DNA from: Bigelowiella natans CCMP2755
Lineage: Eukaryota > Protista > Cercozoa
DNA length: 64,000 bases
Direction of reading: 5' to 3'
NCBI GenBank assembly: GCA_000320545.1
Contig: ADNK01002607.1
Coordinates: 176,149-240,148, forward strand
Part shown: piece after piece, positions 1-10,496 of the stretch
How positions within the stretch are numbered: the first letter of the stretch is position 1
How the letters are laid out: every line of letters begins with the position of its first letter
Made by a program: the position numbers and the translations under genes
The notes under the pieces: model-generated
The model's database searches: none
What the model was told of the DNA's origin: nothing
What the model saw: only the letters and a program-made list of their open reading frames with translations

Positions 1-72
1 TTGAAGGTGAGCTCTCTGGATAATTCATTTCAAGTTAGACATGTAGAATTATGGGGGTTCGAAGGCTATTAG
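1..72 (+). CDS. 3' end of a probable TLDc-domain protein (partial)
   Basis: Frame 1 reads LKVSSLDNSFQVRHVELWGFEGY-stop(TAG). F-x-V-x-x-VELWGF matches the conserved C-terminal strand of TLDc domains. Only 23 codons are visible. Confidence 0.55.
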   Translation: MKVSSLDNSFQVRHVELWGFEGY

Positions 73-692
73 TGCGTAGCTTTGTACATAAATATAAGTG
101 TTTCTCCAGCACTCCTTAGGAGTTTATTTATTAGTCGTATTGATGTGGTTCGATCTATTTTTTGTAGTCAAAATGAGTTTTCTAGCGAGTTGTCTACAAG
201 CCATGGACGAATCGCATGATGCTGTTGCATGAATCGCAGTCCTAAGTGTACTCTGTGTACACATCTAGACATACACCGATGACTGATGAATTGTGTAGCA
301 GCTATAATCTATATCTCGCAAATTATCATACTCGCATGAAAAATTGACATGGTTGTAGAATCTAATAAACATGTAATGTGTGTTGTATAGATGTTTTTTC
401 AATTTACTTGTAAAGCCGTCGCCGGCGATGCACTGCTCCGAATGCACTAGTACATCGCAGGCACTAAACTTCCAAGTAAGCTGGTAAGCGAATGGGCTAT
501 GCACCAATGTGGCTTATACATGCGTGTCGAAGGAATGGGCATGATGCGAGCTCTTGTCTGACCCCACTAGCCCACTAGCTTGCGCAACAAGGACAGTGTT
601 AGAATGACATGCGCACTCTCTAGCTCTGTCTGCTTTTATTCTGCGATGCAAGCACGGACTCGGAAGTCATTTAGCTAGAACTTGACATTGTT

Positions 693-965
693 TATAGGGA
701 CTATAAGTCCATGTACGTGCACGCGTAGGAAAACACATGTACCCATGCACACCGCACATGCACTTAAAAAGAACACATGCTCTGTTCATATCCACACATG
801 CACCAAACAAGCCACGACACATGTACCAAAAATTGCAAAGCACACATGGATGCATATGCATGCATATAAGCGCTGATGTGTGGCACATGTGTAGTTGCAG
901 GTACATGTGAAGTATGTGATGCATATGTCGTAGACGGCATACACGTATAGGGACTATAAGTCCAT
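693..965. repeat. 20-bp perfect direct repeat TATAGGGACTATAAGTCCAT (693-712, 946-965)
   Basis: Two identical copies 253 bp apart, each containing the mini-hairpin GGACT-ATA-AGTCC. Confidence 0.9.
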
Positions 966-1632
966 ATATGTTCTATCTTTTGTTATAGTCAGGAAGTGTG
1001 CGACATGGTAGTTGTTGTATTAGTCATCGATCTCATATGATAGTGCATCATTATTGGTCGTGCATGCTAGCATGTGCTAGAGTGCTAAAAAAGAATTGCT
1101 GACATGACATCTAGATATATGCCAGTCTAGATATATGCCAGTCTTGCTCTGGGCCTAGCTATTTCTAGAGCTAGCTAGCGATTATTGTTTGTTCATATGC
1201 ATGCACGTACATCATCGCTGACTAGCTGACACGCATTCCTAGATTCCAGCGCGATGCAAGTCTAGAAGTGTGCTTCATTTGTGCATACAGTCGAACTCTT
1301 TACTCGCGCATGCATGCTTTGTTAGCATGGCAAGATGGTGGTGTTATGCATCATGTTCATTGCGATTGTAATAGCCTCTGGGAGCTGGTGCACAAGCAGG
1401 ATCGAGAATGCGGATCGATCAACAATCTCATGTGTAACTCAAGAATTAAGTAAGGGTTACGACAAAAAAAAATGACCCTCATCGACAACAATTCAGCAAA
1501 ATTGTGCTACGTCTACTAGCTAGATCAAGAAGCAGCAAAGGCAGCAGAAGCTCGATTGATGCTACGCTATCTAGCTATGAGAGTGACATGGCTGTGTTGA
1601 ACAATATCGTCAGTATCTCAGCTCACACTGTG

Positions 1633-2882
1633 CTATTTTGGTGGCATGCTGGGACCTATCCTTCGCTTATTGTTGGATGTCGAGGTAGTAGTGGGTTTAC
1701 TAGCGACTGTAGAGGGCCTGCTCGGTCCAATCTTTCTCAGAGTTTTTTTCGAAGCTATGTCATTACTATTTTTGCTGGAAGCTGCTGCCGCCGCAGCAGC
1801 AATATTATCCCTCAGTGATGTCGCCACCGATGAAGGTGGTGGGCCACAGCTTGGACCAATTCTCCTTTTTTTCTGCATAGAACCTTTATTTTCTTCGGGA
1901 CGGCTAGCTTTCACGTCGCCTTCTAGCCCATCCTCCCGTTTTCGACGGTTACTGCTGTTTTCCGCTTCACTCGCATCCTTCGAAACTTCCACCTCTTTTT
2001 TGGTCTCCACTGGCTTGTTCATGCTCTTCTCGTACTCCTGCAGCTCACGAAGAAAATTCTTCTTAGGCTTTACAACAGGGCGTTTCGACTTGACTGTGAT
2101 GTATGCGTCCATCAAGCTCATCTTTTGTGATTTCATTAGATAGGCTATGGTAATTGTGGAGGAGCGGCTAACCCCTTGTTGGCAGTGGATTAAGACTCCA
2201 TGCCCCTTTTCCCTGCATATTGCATAAGAGAGTTTGTAAGTATTCTACGCCGCAATCATATTAATCTTAAAAGTTTTTGCAGGATTGTTTTTTATGGGAA
2301 GAAAGATTTTCCTTTATATTTTACCTTGCTGCGTCGACAAACGGCACAACCTTGTCGAAGTAGTCCTTCAAGGAAGCAGCGTCTGAATCTTGTACCGGGC
2401 ATCGCATGTATCTGAAACAAAGTTGATATCAGTGCGCTGCTGATAATGCTGATCGTAATTGCAGCGATGGCAACATGACGACGATGATGATTGGAGTAGA
2501 GCACGTAAAAAAGCAGAAGTAGATTAAATTTGATGTCCTATGCGCATCACAATGCGATCACGATAGTAGTGTCGATAAATATGCTGATAATACGTAGATG
2601 AATATGAGGGAATGCATTCAAAACATTATCATACTGGAAAAGAGGCTCATTTTCGAAGTAATTGTGACAGCCCCCTTCACTACGCTCCACTGTGCAGTTC
2701 ACGACGTGTGTGATCCCCAACGAGAGCAATTTTTCCTTGTCCCGCGCCACTAAAGACCATTAGACGCACGTGATTCGGGATAGAAGATCAACGTTTTTCT
2801 GTTGTTTACCTGTTTTTGAGCCGATGAAAAGGTAGTCTATCACCTTGGCGTAGTCATCATCGCTGGCCTTTCCCGCGGCCAT
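1633..2882 (-). CDS. Atypical dual-specificity protein phosphatase (4 exons) with a low-complexity tail
   Basis: Hand-spliced GT-AG exons: MAAGKASDDDYAKVIDYLFIGSKT / VARDKEKLLSLGITHVVNCT... / YMRCPVQDSDAASLKDYFDKVVPFVDAAR / EKGHGVLIHCQQGVSRSSTITIAYLMKSQKMSLMDAYITVKSKRPVVKPKKNFLRELQEYE. Intact HCxxGxSRS catalytic loop and AYLM motif. Confidence 0.93.
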
Positions 2883-4167
2883 GATCTTGTAGCTGCTTCC
2901 TCTTCGTCCTCTCACTAGATTAGTCGAGCTGCTTGTTCTGGTTCTCACTGGACGTGAGCGCTCTGTGCGTTGGGCTGTCAAAACGCGAGGAGGAGGACCA
3001 CAAAATCCTGAAAAACAAACAAAAACGAATCGATGAAACTTCTTAGGAGAAAAACCAAAAAAATGGGTGACTACCGGAAAGAAAATCATCGGGGAACTTT
3101 CCTCCAATGTTTCTTTCTTTCTTTCTTTCTTTCCTTCATCTTGACATTCGGAGATTCTGACCACAGCATCGAGCAATTGGCATCGAGCCATCCTCGCAAT
3201 GACCTCTTTCTTTCTTTGTCTGCGTCAGTTCATTCTGTTCAACCACAGACACAGCGCATGTCTGTTGTCACACAGGCCCTTGTTTTCAAGCCCCGCTTCA
3301 GCGGCTCATTTGTGGAACACGTGAAAGCAATGTCAGCACTTCACACAAGCCAAGATCCTCACACGAAAAATGAAGACAGACAAAATCCTTTGTTCGGTTT
3401 TTCCAACAATGGTTCCAGCACAGTCATGCGATCACGCTGAATCAAGCGCATGGGCGCGGCGCTGTTCAGTGTCTAGACTGTGCAGCTCAGCTAGCTAGAC
3501 AAGCGCCAGCTAGCGTCATGCTGCAATGATCGAACGACGTCGATCACGCCGTGCGCAGGTGGCAGTCTAGCAGTGCTGCCTTCCAGCCTTGCATGTCTAG
3601 TGTGACACAGCCAAGGCGGGAATGTCGTGAAATCGAAGCTAGTTTTTGGATCCAAAAAACCGATGTGTGTCTTTGTTCGCCGCATGCATGCTGTGGCACA
3701 TGACAGTACGTAGCGCGAGCATCGCAGCTTCGCTCGCTCTCTCGTCACGCAGCACAGCCGCCACACCCGGACCGATCGACTGGTGGCATGGCATGACTGT
3801 GACTCTGCACGACTACCAGCAGCTGGTGTGACGGTGTGACTGGACGGAGCACGCACATTTCTAGGATTCGATCATCATGCAGGTCGCACACACAACATTA
3901 CGATCATCTTCATGCTCATGAGTGTAGCTAGCTAGCTAGCTAGCGTTGCCAATGTGCGCAAGTACGTAGCACTAGAGCAAGTAATGTTGCCATTGTGCGT
4001 CTCGCCTGTGCGTGAAACTATGCAAAGTGTACGATTTGCGCAAAATGCGACGGATATGTGTGGGTTAGTACAATTTCTGCATTGCTATAGTTTTCCTGAG
4101 CTGCTGCACACGATATAATGTGTTGAATCCAATCAAATTTACAGTTGCTACGCGAAGTAATGATTTG

Positions 4168-5250
4168 TCAGGTTGTCGAAGCATTTGATTTTCGGTCTCT
4201 CTCTGAACGACGAAAATGATCAGGAAGTATCCTCTCCACGCATTTTCCAATCCTCTGTAACCTCGAAACAAAACTATCCACACGACCAAAAGTGAAATTA
4301 ACAATTTTTGAAATCATCTACGTTCCCTCTTTTGATTGAAATTTGGTAAAATTGATCATATAAACCTTGGCATTTCTACGGGTGCTCGATCGTTGGAAAT
4401 GATCGCGTTCATAAATTTCAATGAGAAATGATTACCTGAATATCGTTACAAATAATCTTTGTAGGTTGATGTCAAATGCTTAAATGAAAACGGAAATTAT
4501 TACAGTTGTTGTTGAGCGGGGTGTATTGATCGGTGCAGAAACGAGACTCCATCTTTTTCTTCTTTGCCTGAATCTAACAACATATTTCTAGAGCAAATTT
4601 GCAAAATTCATATTGAGCACATTACCTCCTCCTCAGATAAATTTGTTGTTCCCACCAAAATTGTCATTCTGCATGAAAACTTTCAGAATTAATCCTATAA
4701 AAATGAATGAATGAAATCTGACCGGAAGTATCCATGTTTCATCCATGAAATATCTCTGGGCCGTGATACTCTTATACCACTCTTTCTAACGTGGTTGCCA
4801 GCCTGTCCAGCGAATGAGTACTCTATATAGTTGAGTGGAAAATCTTATTTGTGATGCAGGTATCGATTGATAGCTTCCACCACATTGCACCTTTATTGTA
4901 TACTTGTACCCCAGTGTGATAGACACCTAATCCAATCCGTCGGTAGGTTGCATTGAAAAACCCCATGTCATATCTGTTAGAAATAGCAATCCATATTATC
5001 CATACATCTCTCGCCATAAACTGTGTGGCTGTCATACACGTTCAGATACACGTAGGCCCGCTTTTTGCCCCCTGCCTCCTGAGAGCACAGCATAATTCAA
5101 TTTTGAGTCGTCGCAGAAAACGATGTGAGGATACCTTCGAATCTGGAACTCTTGACACTCTATCTTGCGTTGTGTTACATTGGCTGTCAAGCACACAGAC
5201 ATTCTGTCAGTTGAAATCCATTCGTGAGAGAACCAAAGAAGCCGAACCCC
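4168..5250 (-). CDS. PPPDE / desumoylating isopeptidase (DeSI) family cysteine peptidase; start approximate
   Basis: Splicing across roughly 50-70 nt introns gives VYLNVYDMGFFNATYRRIGLGVYHTGVQVYNKEYSF...YTPLNNNCNHFSLKFM...FVSRLQRIGKC. The catalytic His (YHTG) and NCNHF motifs of PPPDE peptidases are present. Stop TGA at 4168-4170; first exon not resolved. Confidence 0.88.
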
Positions 5251-5956
5251 ATGAGCGTTTGAATTCTCATTCAAAAGAGTTGACCCGAGTCTGGGAGTGA
5301 ACGACAAGTGAGAGCACAGAAGTGAGAATAAAGGAAAACTTCGAACTTCGAACTTCAACTCCTGGCAACAATCGACAACAACAGGAAGAAACAAAGCCGA
5401 GAAAGGCAACAAAAACGTCTTGCGATATCTAGATGAGCGACATAATCTCGGTTAAGACCTTGTGCCTGTTTTCAGGAACTAGATTATGAAAATTACCAGT
5501 TCACATCCAAACTTCAGCAGGTACCCAGCCATGTCCGCATGTCATCTCATTCAAAACACGCAGTAACTAATAATAAGATGTTCTTTCACAGAATATTTTA
5601 GAAGTTACATCATTATTTATTTTTACCTTCTTATCGAAACAAAAAAATACAAGTTTGAATTTCTTAATTGCACACCCCATGATGTAAGTCTTTTCATAAC
5701 AAGATTTAGAGGGATACAATTTTGTAAGTACAATCTAAATTTGTAGTAGCGACAAGCAAAATCGGGAAAAATATGAGGGGAAGTCAGTTGGTCTCACGGT
5801 ACAAAAGTCTGGGTGAGTTATTCTCCACTCATTCGGTGAGGAACAGGATACTCTGCATCCATAGCTACTAGCTGTCTTTGTCAAATAGAGGAAAGTATGA
5901 TAATAGCCATAAAAATTTTACTCAGTCAGGAAGCGCAAACAGATAAAAGAAGAAGA

Positions 5957-5991
<35 letters not shown>

Positions 5992-6116
5992 AAATCTGCA
6001 ATGAATGATAGAAAACTAAGTTGAAATGATGAACCTTCTCCATGACACCTAGTAATCATGCAACTTGTCACTACAGGCACTTTAATCATCCTTCGTTGGA
6101 TCTAAACTTTGGCTTG

Positions 6117-6156
6117 ATGAAATCTTCTACCTCTCTCCTTCGACTTTGCAATCGAA

Positions 6157-6191
<35 letters not shown>

Positions 6192-7484
6192 GTATGGTTG
6201 TTTTGTTTGGTATGTCCCTCCCTGCGACGCCGTTCACTCATGATGTGAGACTGGATTTCATTATTATTATTCAAACACTAAGTGTGTTTTCACACAGATT
6301 CTGTCCAGAGGTTTCAGTGCTGGGATTGTGCAGGTGTTTGTTGATTGATGCTGCTCTACAGCATGCCTTTGTAGGTTGTGGGGTAATTGAATGCTGACAA
6401 TTTTGTGGTGTACTCTCAGCATCGCCATACAGAGCTGAACAACCTGGAAACCAAGTTTGAGTTCAATGCAGAATCCAAAAAAGAGATTGATCGCGTTCTG
6501 AAAAAATACCCACCGCAATACAAGAAGTCCGCAACAATCCCGCTCCTGGTATGGAACTTTGCAATGTCGCTCGCCCTCTGTATGAAAATTATTCTAATGC
6601 CTTTCAGTACATTGCTCAAGAACAAGAAGGATCCGAGAACTGGCTTACATTGGCAGCCATGAACAAAATTGCAGAGGTGGTTTATTTGTTGCTCATTTTG
6701 TTCAACTTGATGTGCGTGTGCACCGAAGGTGATCTTTCTTTTAAAATTTTAGATGTTTTCTGGAACAAAAATTCAATAACAGAAAAATGATAATGTCCTT
6801 TATGTTGCACGGTTCTTGCAGCTGCTCGAAGTTCCTCCGATGAACGTATACGAAGTTGCGACCTTCTACACAATGTTCAATCGTGAGCCTGTTGGAAAGT
6901 ATCACATACAGCTTTGCGGTACTACTCCTTGCATGGTGGCTGGCTGTGGAAAGGATTCAATTAAGAAAGTGATCATGGATGAACTTGGAATCAAGGATGG
7001 AGGTAATGATAATTACAATGTAGGGAGGACATAGAATAGATCTAGGAATCTGTGCACGGATATGTATTCATGTTTACAACCACCCCTCATGCAGAAACCA
7101 CGGAGGATGGAATGTTCACCCTCACGGAGGTGGAATGCCTTGGAGCTTGCGTGAATGCGCCGATGATTCAAGTTAACAACAAGGAATTTTACGTAAGAAC
7201 TACCTTAAAGAAGATTCTTAGTTGATTTCTTACAATTATAAAACATAATTCATCACGGGTAGGAACATCTGACGGAAGAGAGTACGAAGAAACTCCTGGA
7301 TACTTGGAAAAGCGGGGGCACGCCTAAAGAAGGAAACCAGAACCACGTCAAAACCTGTGAGGGGCCTATGGGAAAAACCTCTCTAAAAGGTGGAGAGCCG
7401 GGATTTCCTGAATTCCTAGATCTTGACAAGGTCATTGCCGAAAAAAAAGAGGCCGACGCTAAGAAGGCATCGGAAAGCTCTTAG
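6117..7484 (+). CDS. NDUFV2: NADH:ubiquinone oxidoreductase 24 kDa subunit, mitochondrial
   Basis: Presequence-like [26 protein letters not shown]/ is followed by HRHTELNN...[44 protein letters not shown] and [16 protein letters not shown]. All four 2Fe-2S cysteines are present. Stop TAG 7482-7484. Confidence 0.96.
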
Positions 7485-7584
7485 CTTGATGCTGCATCAT
7501 AAATCGTTATATTCATGGTAATATTAACGGGGTCGTACTACATTTTACTGATTCAATAGAAAAGACGAACTTCATATATATACG

Positions 7585-7627
<43 letters not shown>

Positions 7628-9267
7628 GTATACATGTAAGTAGCATTTAAATAATGCAGCGGCTACAGCGCTTATGTTGTATCTATTTGTTTCCTTTGTC
7701 ACATGTTGCATGCATGAAAACGCATTGCTATATTGCAATTTGATCTGTTGTGTCGCGCTTTGCGCGCAGCAGCGCGAGCTCTTTTTTCTGTGTTTGAGAG
7801 GCGTTTTGTTTCGTCGTTGCGGTCAATGATTGCCGTCAGTTGTTTGTTCAGTTTCAGTCTCTTCTTTGATCGAGGCCCATATACTCTAGCAGTACTTTCT
7901 GCATAATAGACACAGCAATACTTATAATAGACACAGCAATACACTATACATATTATATATATTGTGTATTGCATGTCTATCATCTGCGCTGCAGAAGATG
8001 GTCCATGTATGTCTTGCGCAGCATGTTCTAAATGTTGTACATGCGTCGCATGTGGCTTCTGCACAAGTGCGTCAATATATCAAACCCGGTAACGACGGGG
8101 TTGTGAACGGTGCAGCGCTTTGAAGCAGCAGGCAGTTGCAGTTGGTCAAAGAAAAGTCATCAGAACTTGCTAGCTTGTCCGTTGGCCAAACCTGAAAAAA
8201 TGACCGAAATGTTGACCAAAATGTCCATTTTCAAGGCCTCAAAGTGTGAAAATTCACACCCGTTGTGTAGCAGATGCACGCTGCGCGTTTGTTCTCTGCC
8301 ACATTTTGAATGCTTATTTTGCGTGTGCGTTTGCATGACCAAATGTGATGTGCGCGAAAAATTTCAAAGAAATGCGAGCAAATCCAATGTCCATTGCATC
8401 ACATGACGCGCTTGGTCGCGCGCAAAAGCTTCCAGCATGCGCACATTCTGGCGATTCGTTACAGGTTTGACGGACTTGTGTGCGGGTGTGCTTTGTCCTT
8501 TGAACATCATCATGAATGTCCCAAGATTGCCAACACCACAAATGCTAGAAATGGCCTTGAGCTAGCTAATGCACATGCCATGTGTATTTACGCTAGTCTA
8601 GTAGTACGTGTACGTGCGTACACATGTCTAGCTAGCTAGCTGCATCGACATCACGCAGCACACTCTGCTTGCTGCACAGCACACATGCATGGCTTGCATG
8701 CATGACCTCATGCACATGTGCTGCACTGCATGTACTACATAGGTAGCTAGCTATACTAGCAGATGCGTATGTGAGTGTACAGTACGCATGCATCGTGCAT
8801 AGCCAGCAGCGCCGCCATGCATGCTGCGTGCAAAAATGCATCGTATCGCAATGCACATGTGTGCTAATGTAAAGCTACATTACTAGCAAGACGAAGACGA
8901 TCACTGATAAAAATAAATTTAATCATTCATTGCATCTGTCTCATCATGGTCTGACGTTTATATCTAGATATGTAGGTCGTGGAGTTCGATGACGGCGCGC
9001 GTGCAAACCAACATTATTAGCGTGCACAAATGCAGCAGCATAATTGATATTGCCTTACGAATGAGATCGTTTCCGCAATTAATAATTCACATCCTTTTAC
9101 TTACTTACATTGGTTACATGTGTAAGTTAAAATGCAGCCGCTTAAGCAACGTACTGCTACCACAACTATATCCCTACGAATGCTCTATCCTCTTCAATGT
9201 CCTCCTTAATCAAAGTGTAACACCCATATTCACTAGTGGGAGGCTTCAATTCTTCCATACGAAAGAA

Positions 9268-10191
9268 TTATTTCTTTTTCTTAGCACTCATTTTCTTGAG
9301 GTAGAATTGCAATTCCTCGCCTTCAAGAATGTAGCCATCAGCACGCCCGCTCTGTCCTGGACGGGAAGAGATGCAAGCATAAAGACGACCTTGACGGAAC
9401 TGATCTTCGATTTGGGATTCGATGACTCCCATGAATTTTCTGCGTGCAGCCTGCTTTTTCTTGGTAGCTTCGCTGACGGATTTCTCATCCTTAGCCTCAG
9501 CCTCGTTCTTCTTCTTTCCAAGAACAACTCCATAATGCTGCTTGTACCATTCACGGAATGGAACAGCATCAACTTGAACAATAGTGTTCTTCACAAGAGT
9601 CTTGGTACGAACCAACTCGTTATTAGATGCGTTGTAGCTTACCTGAGGACAACCATACGCTAATAAGTGGGTGTTCTGACGTGCGAAAAGAAATGTGAAT
9701 TACATCCAAGATCTTTGTCTTCTTTGCGATTGCCTCCGAGCCCCAGGAAAAGTTTCCGAATTCGAGGCGCATCGCACGGTACTTGTAGTTTCCACCTCGC
9801 ACACGAACTACTTTGACGCTAATGAAAAGAGAAATAATAAGTACAAATCTTCCCAAATTAAATTTTCTTCTCCATACCGCTTTGCTCCGATCTTGGTCAT
9901 CGAAGGAGGACGTGCCATTTCATACTTGCGTTTCTTGATGTGAATCGCACGGCGACCACCAGTAGCGCGCCTTTTGTGGCGCTTATCACGAGACAAACCT
10001 ATAATGATGCAGAGATTCATTTCATTGATATAGATAACACATTCAAATCAACAAGTGGCTTCAAATTCGCGCAAAGCATGGAAGTCATCATAGATAGGAA
10101 ATCAGTGTGTATTTTCATGTGCATGTGTATATATTTATTTTGATGTGCTTATTTTGTAGCGATAAGTTGCTTCGGGGGGGGACGAACCCAT
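9268..10191 (-). CDS. RPS8: 40S ribosomal protein S8 (eS8); the first exon contributes only ATGG
   Basis: [42 protein letters not shown] / [28 protein letters not shown] / [24 protein letters not shown]...[30 protein letters not shown], all eS8 signatures. Confidence 0.98.
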
Positions 10192-10496
10192 GCTTCTGCG
10201 CGGACGATTTCTGCCTCCGCAATTTCGCCGATGCACGAAAAAATAATAATAATTTTAATTCAGACCGAAATATAAAATATTTTAATAGATTCGCCGGATT
10301 TTTAAAATAATTTGAAAATTAATGTATTGTCGTTATCAAATTAAGGAGTCAACAATGCTTCCTCACATGTTCAACATTGACAAAAGTAAATCGCTTTTTA
10401 TCGATGAAATTTACCGAGATACATGTAGTGAATCTCTGGAGGAGCCTCCATAATAATGCTCTAGGAAATCTCTAGGGAGTCTCTCTTTCTTGGCCG
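10192..10496. promoter_or_regulatory. Putative bidirectional promoter (RPS8 / Sfi1-like)
   Basis: 305-bp head-to-head spacer with a very AT-rich core (10238-10345). Inferred from gene orientation only. Confidence 0.5.

Noticed and set aside
8989-9663. 224-aa + strand ORF
   Set aside because: Antisense shadow of the RPS8 last exon, with no independent protein features.
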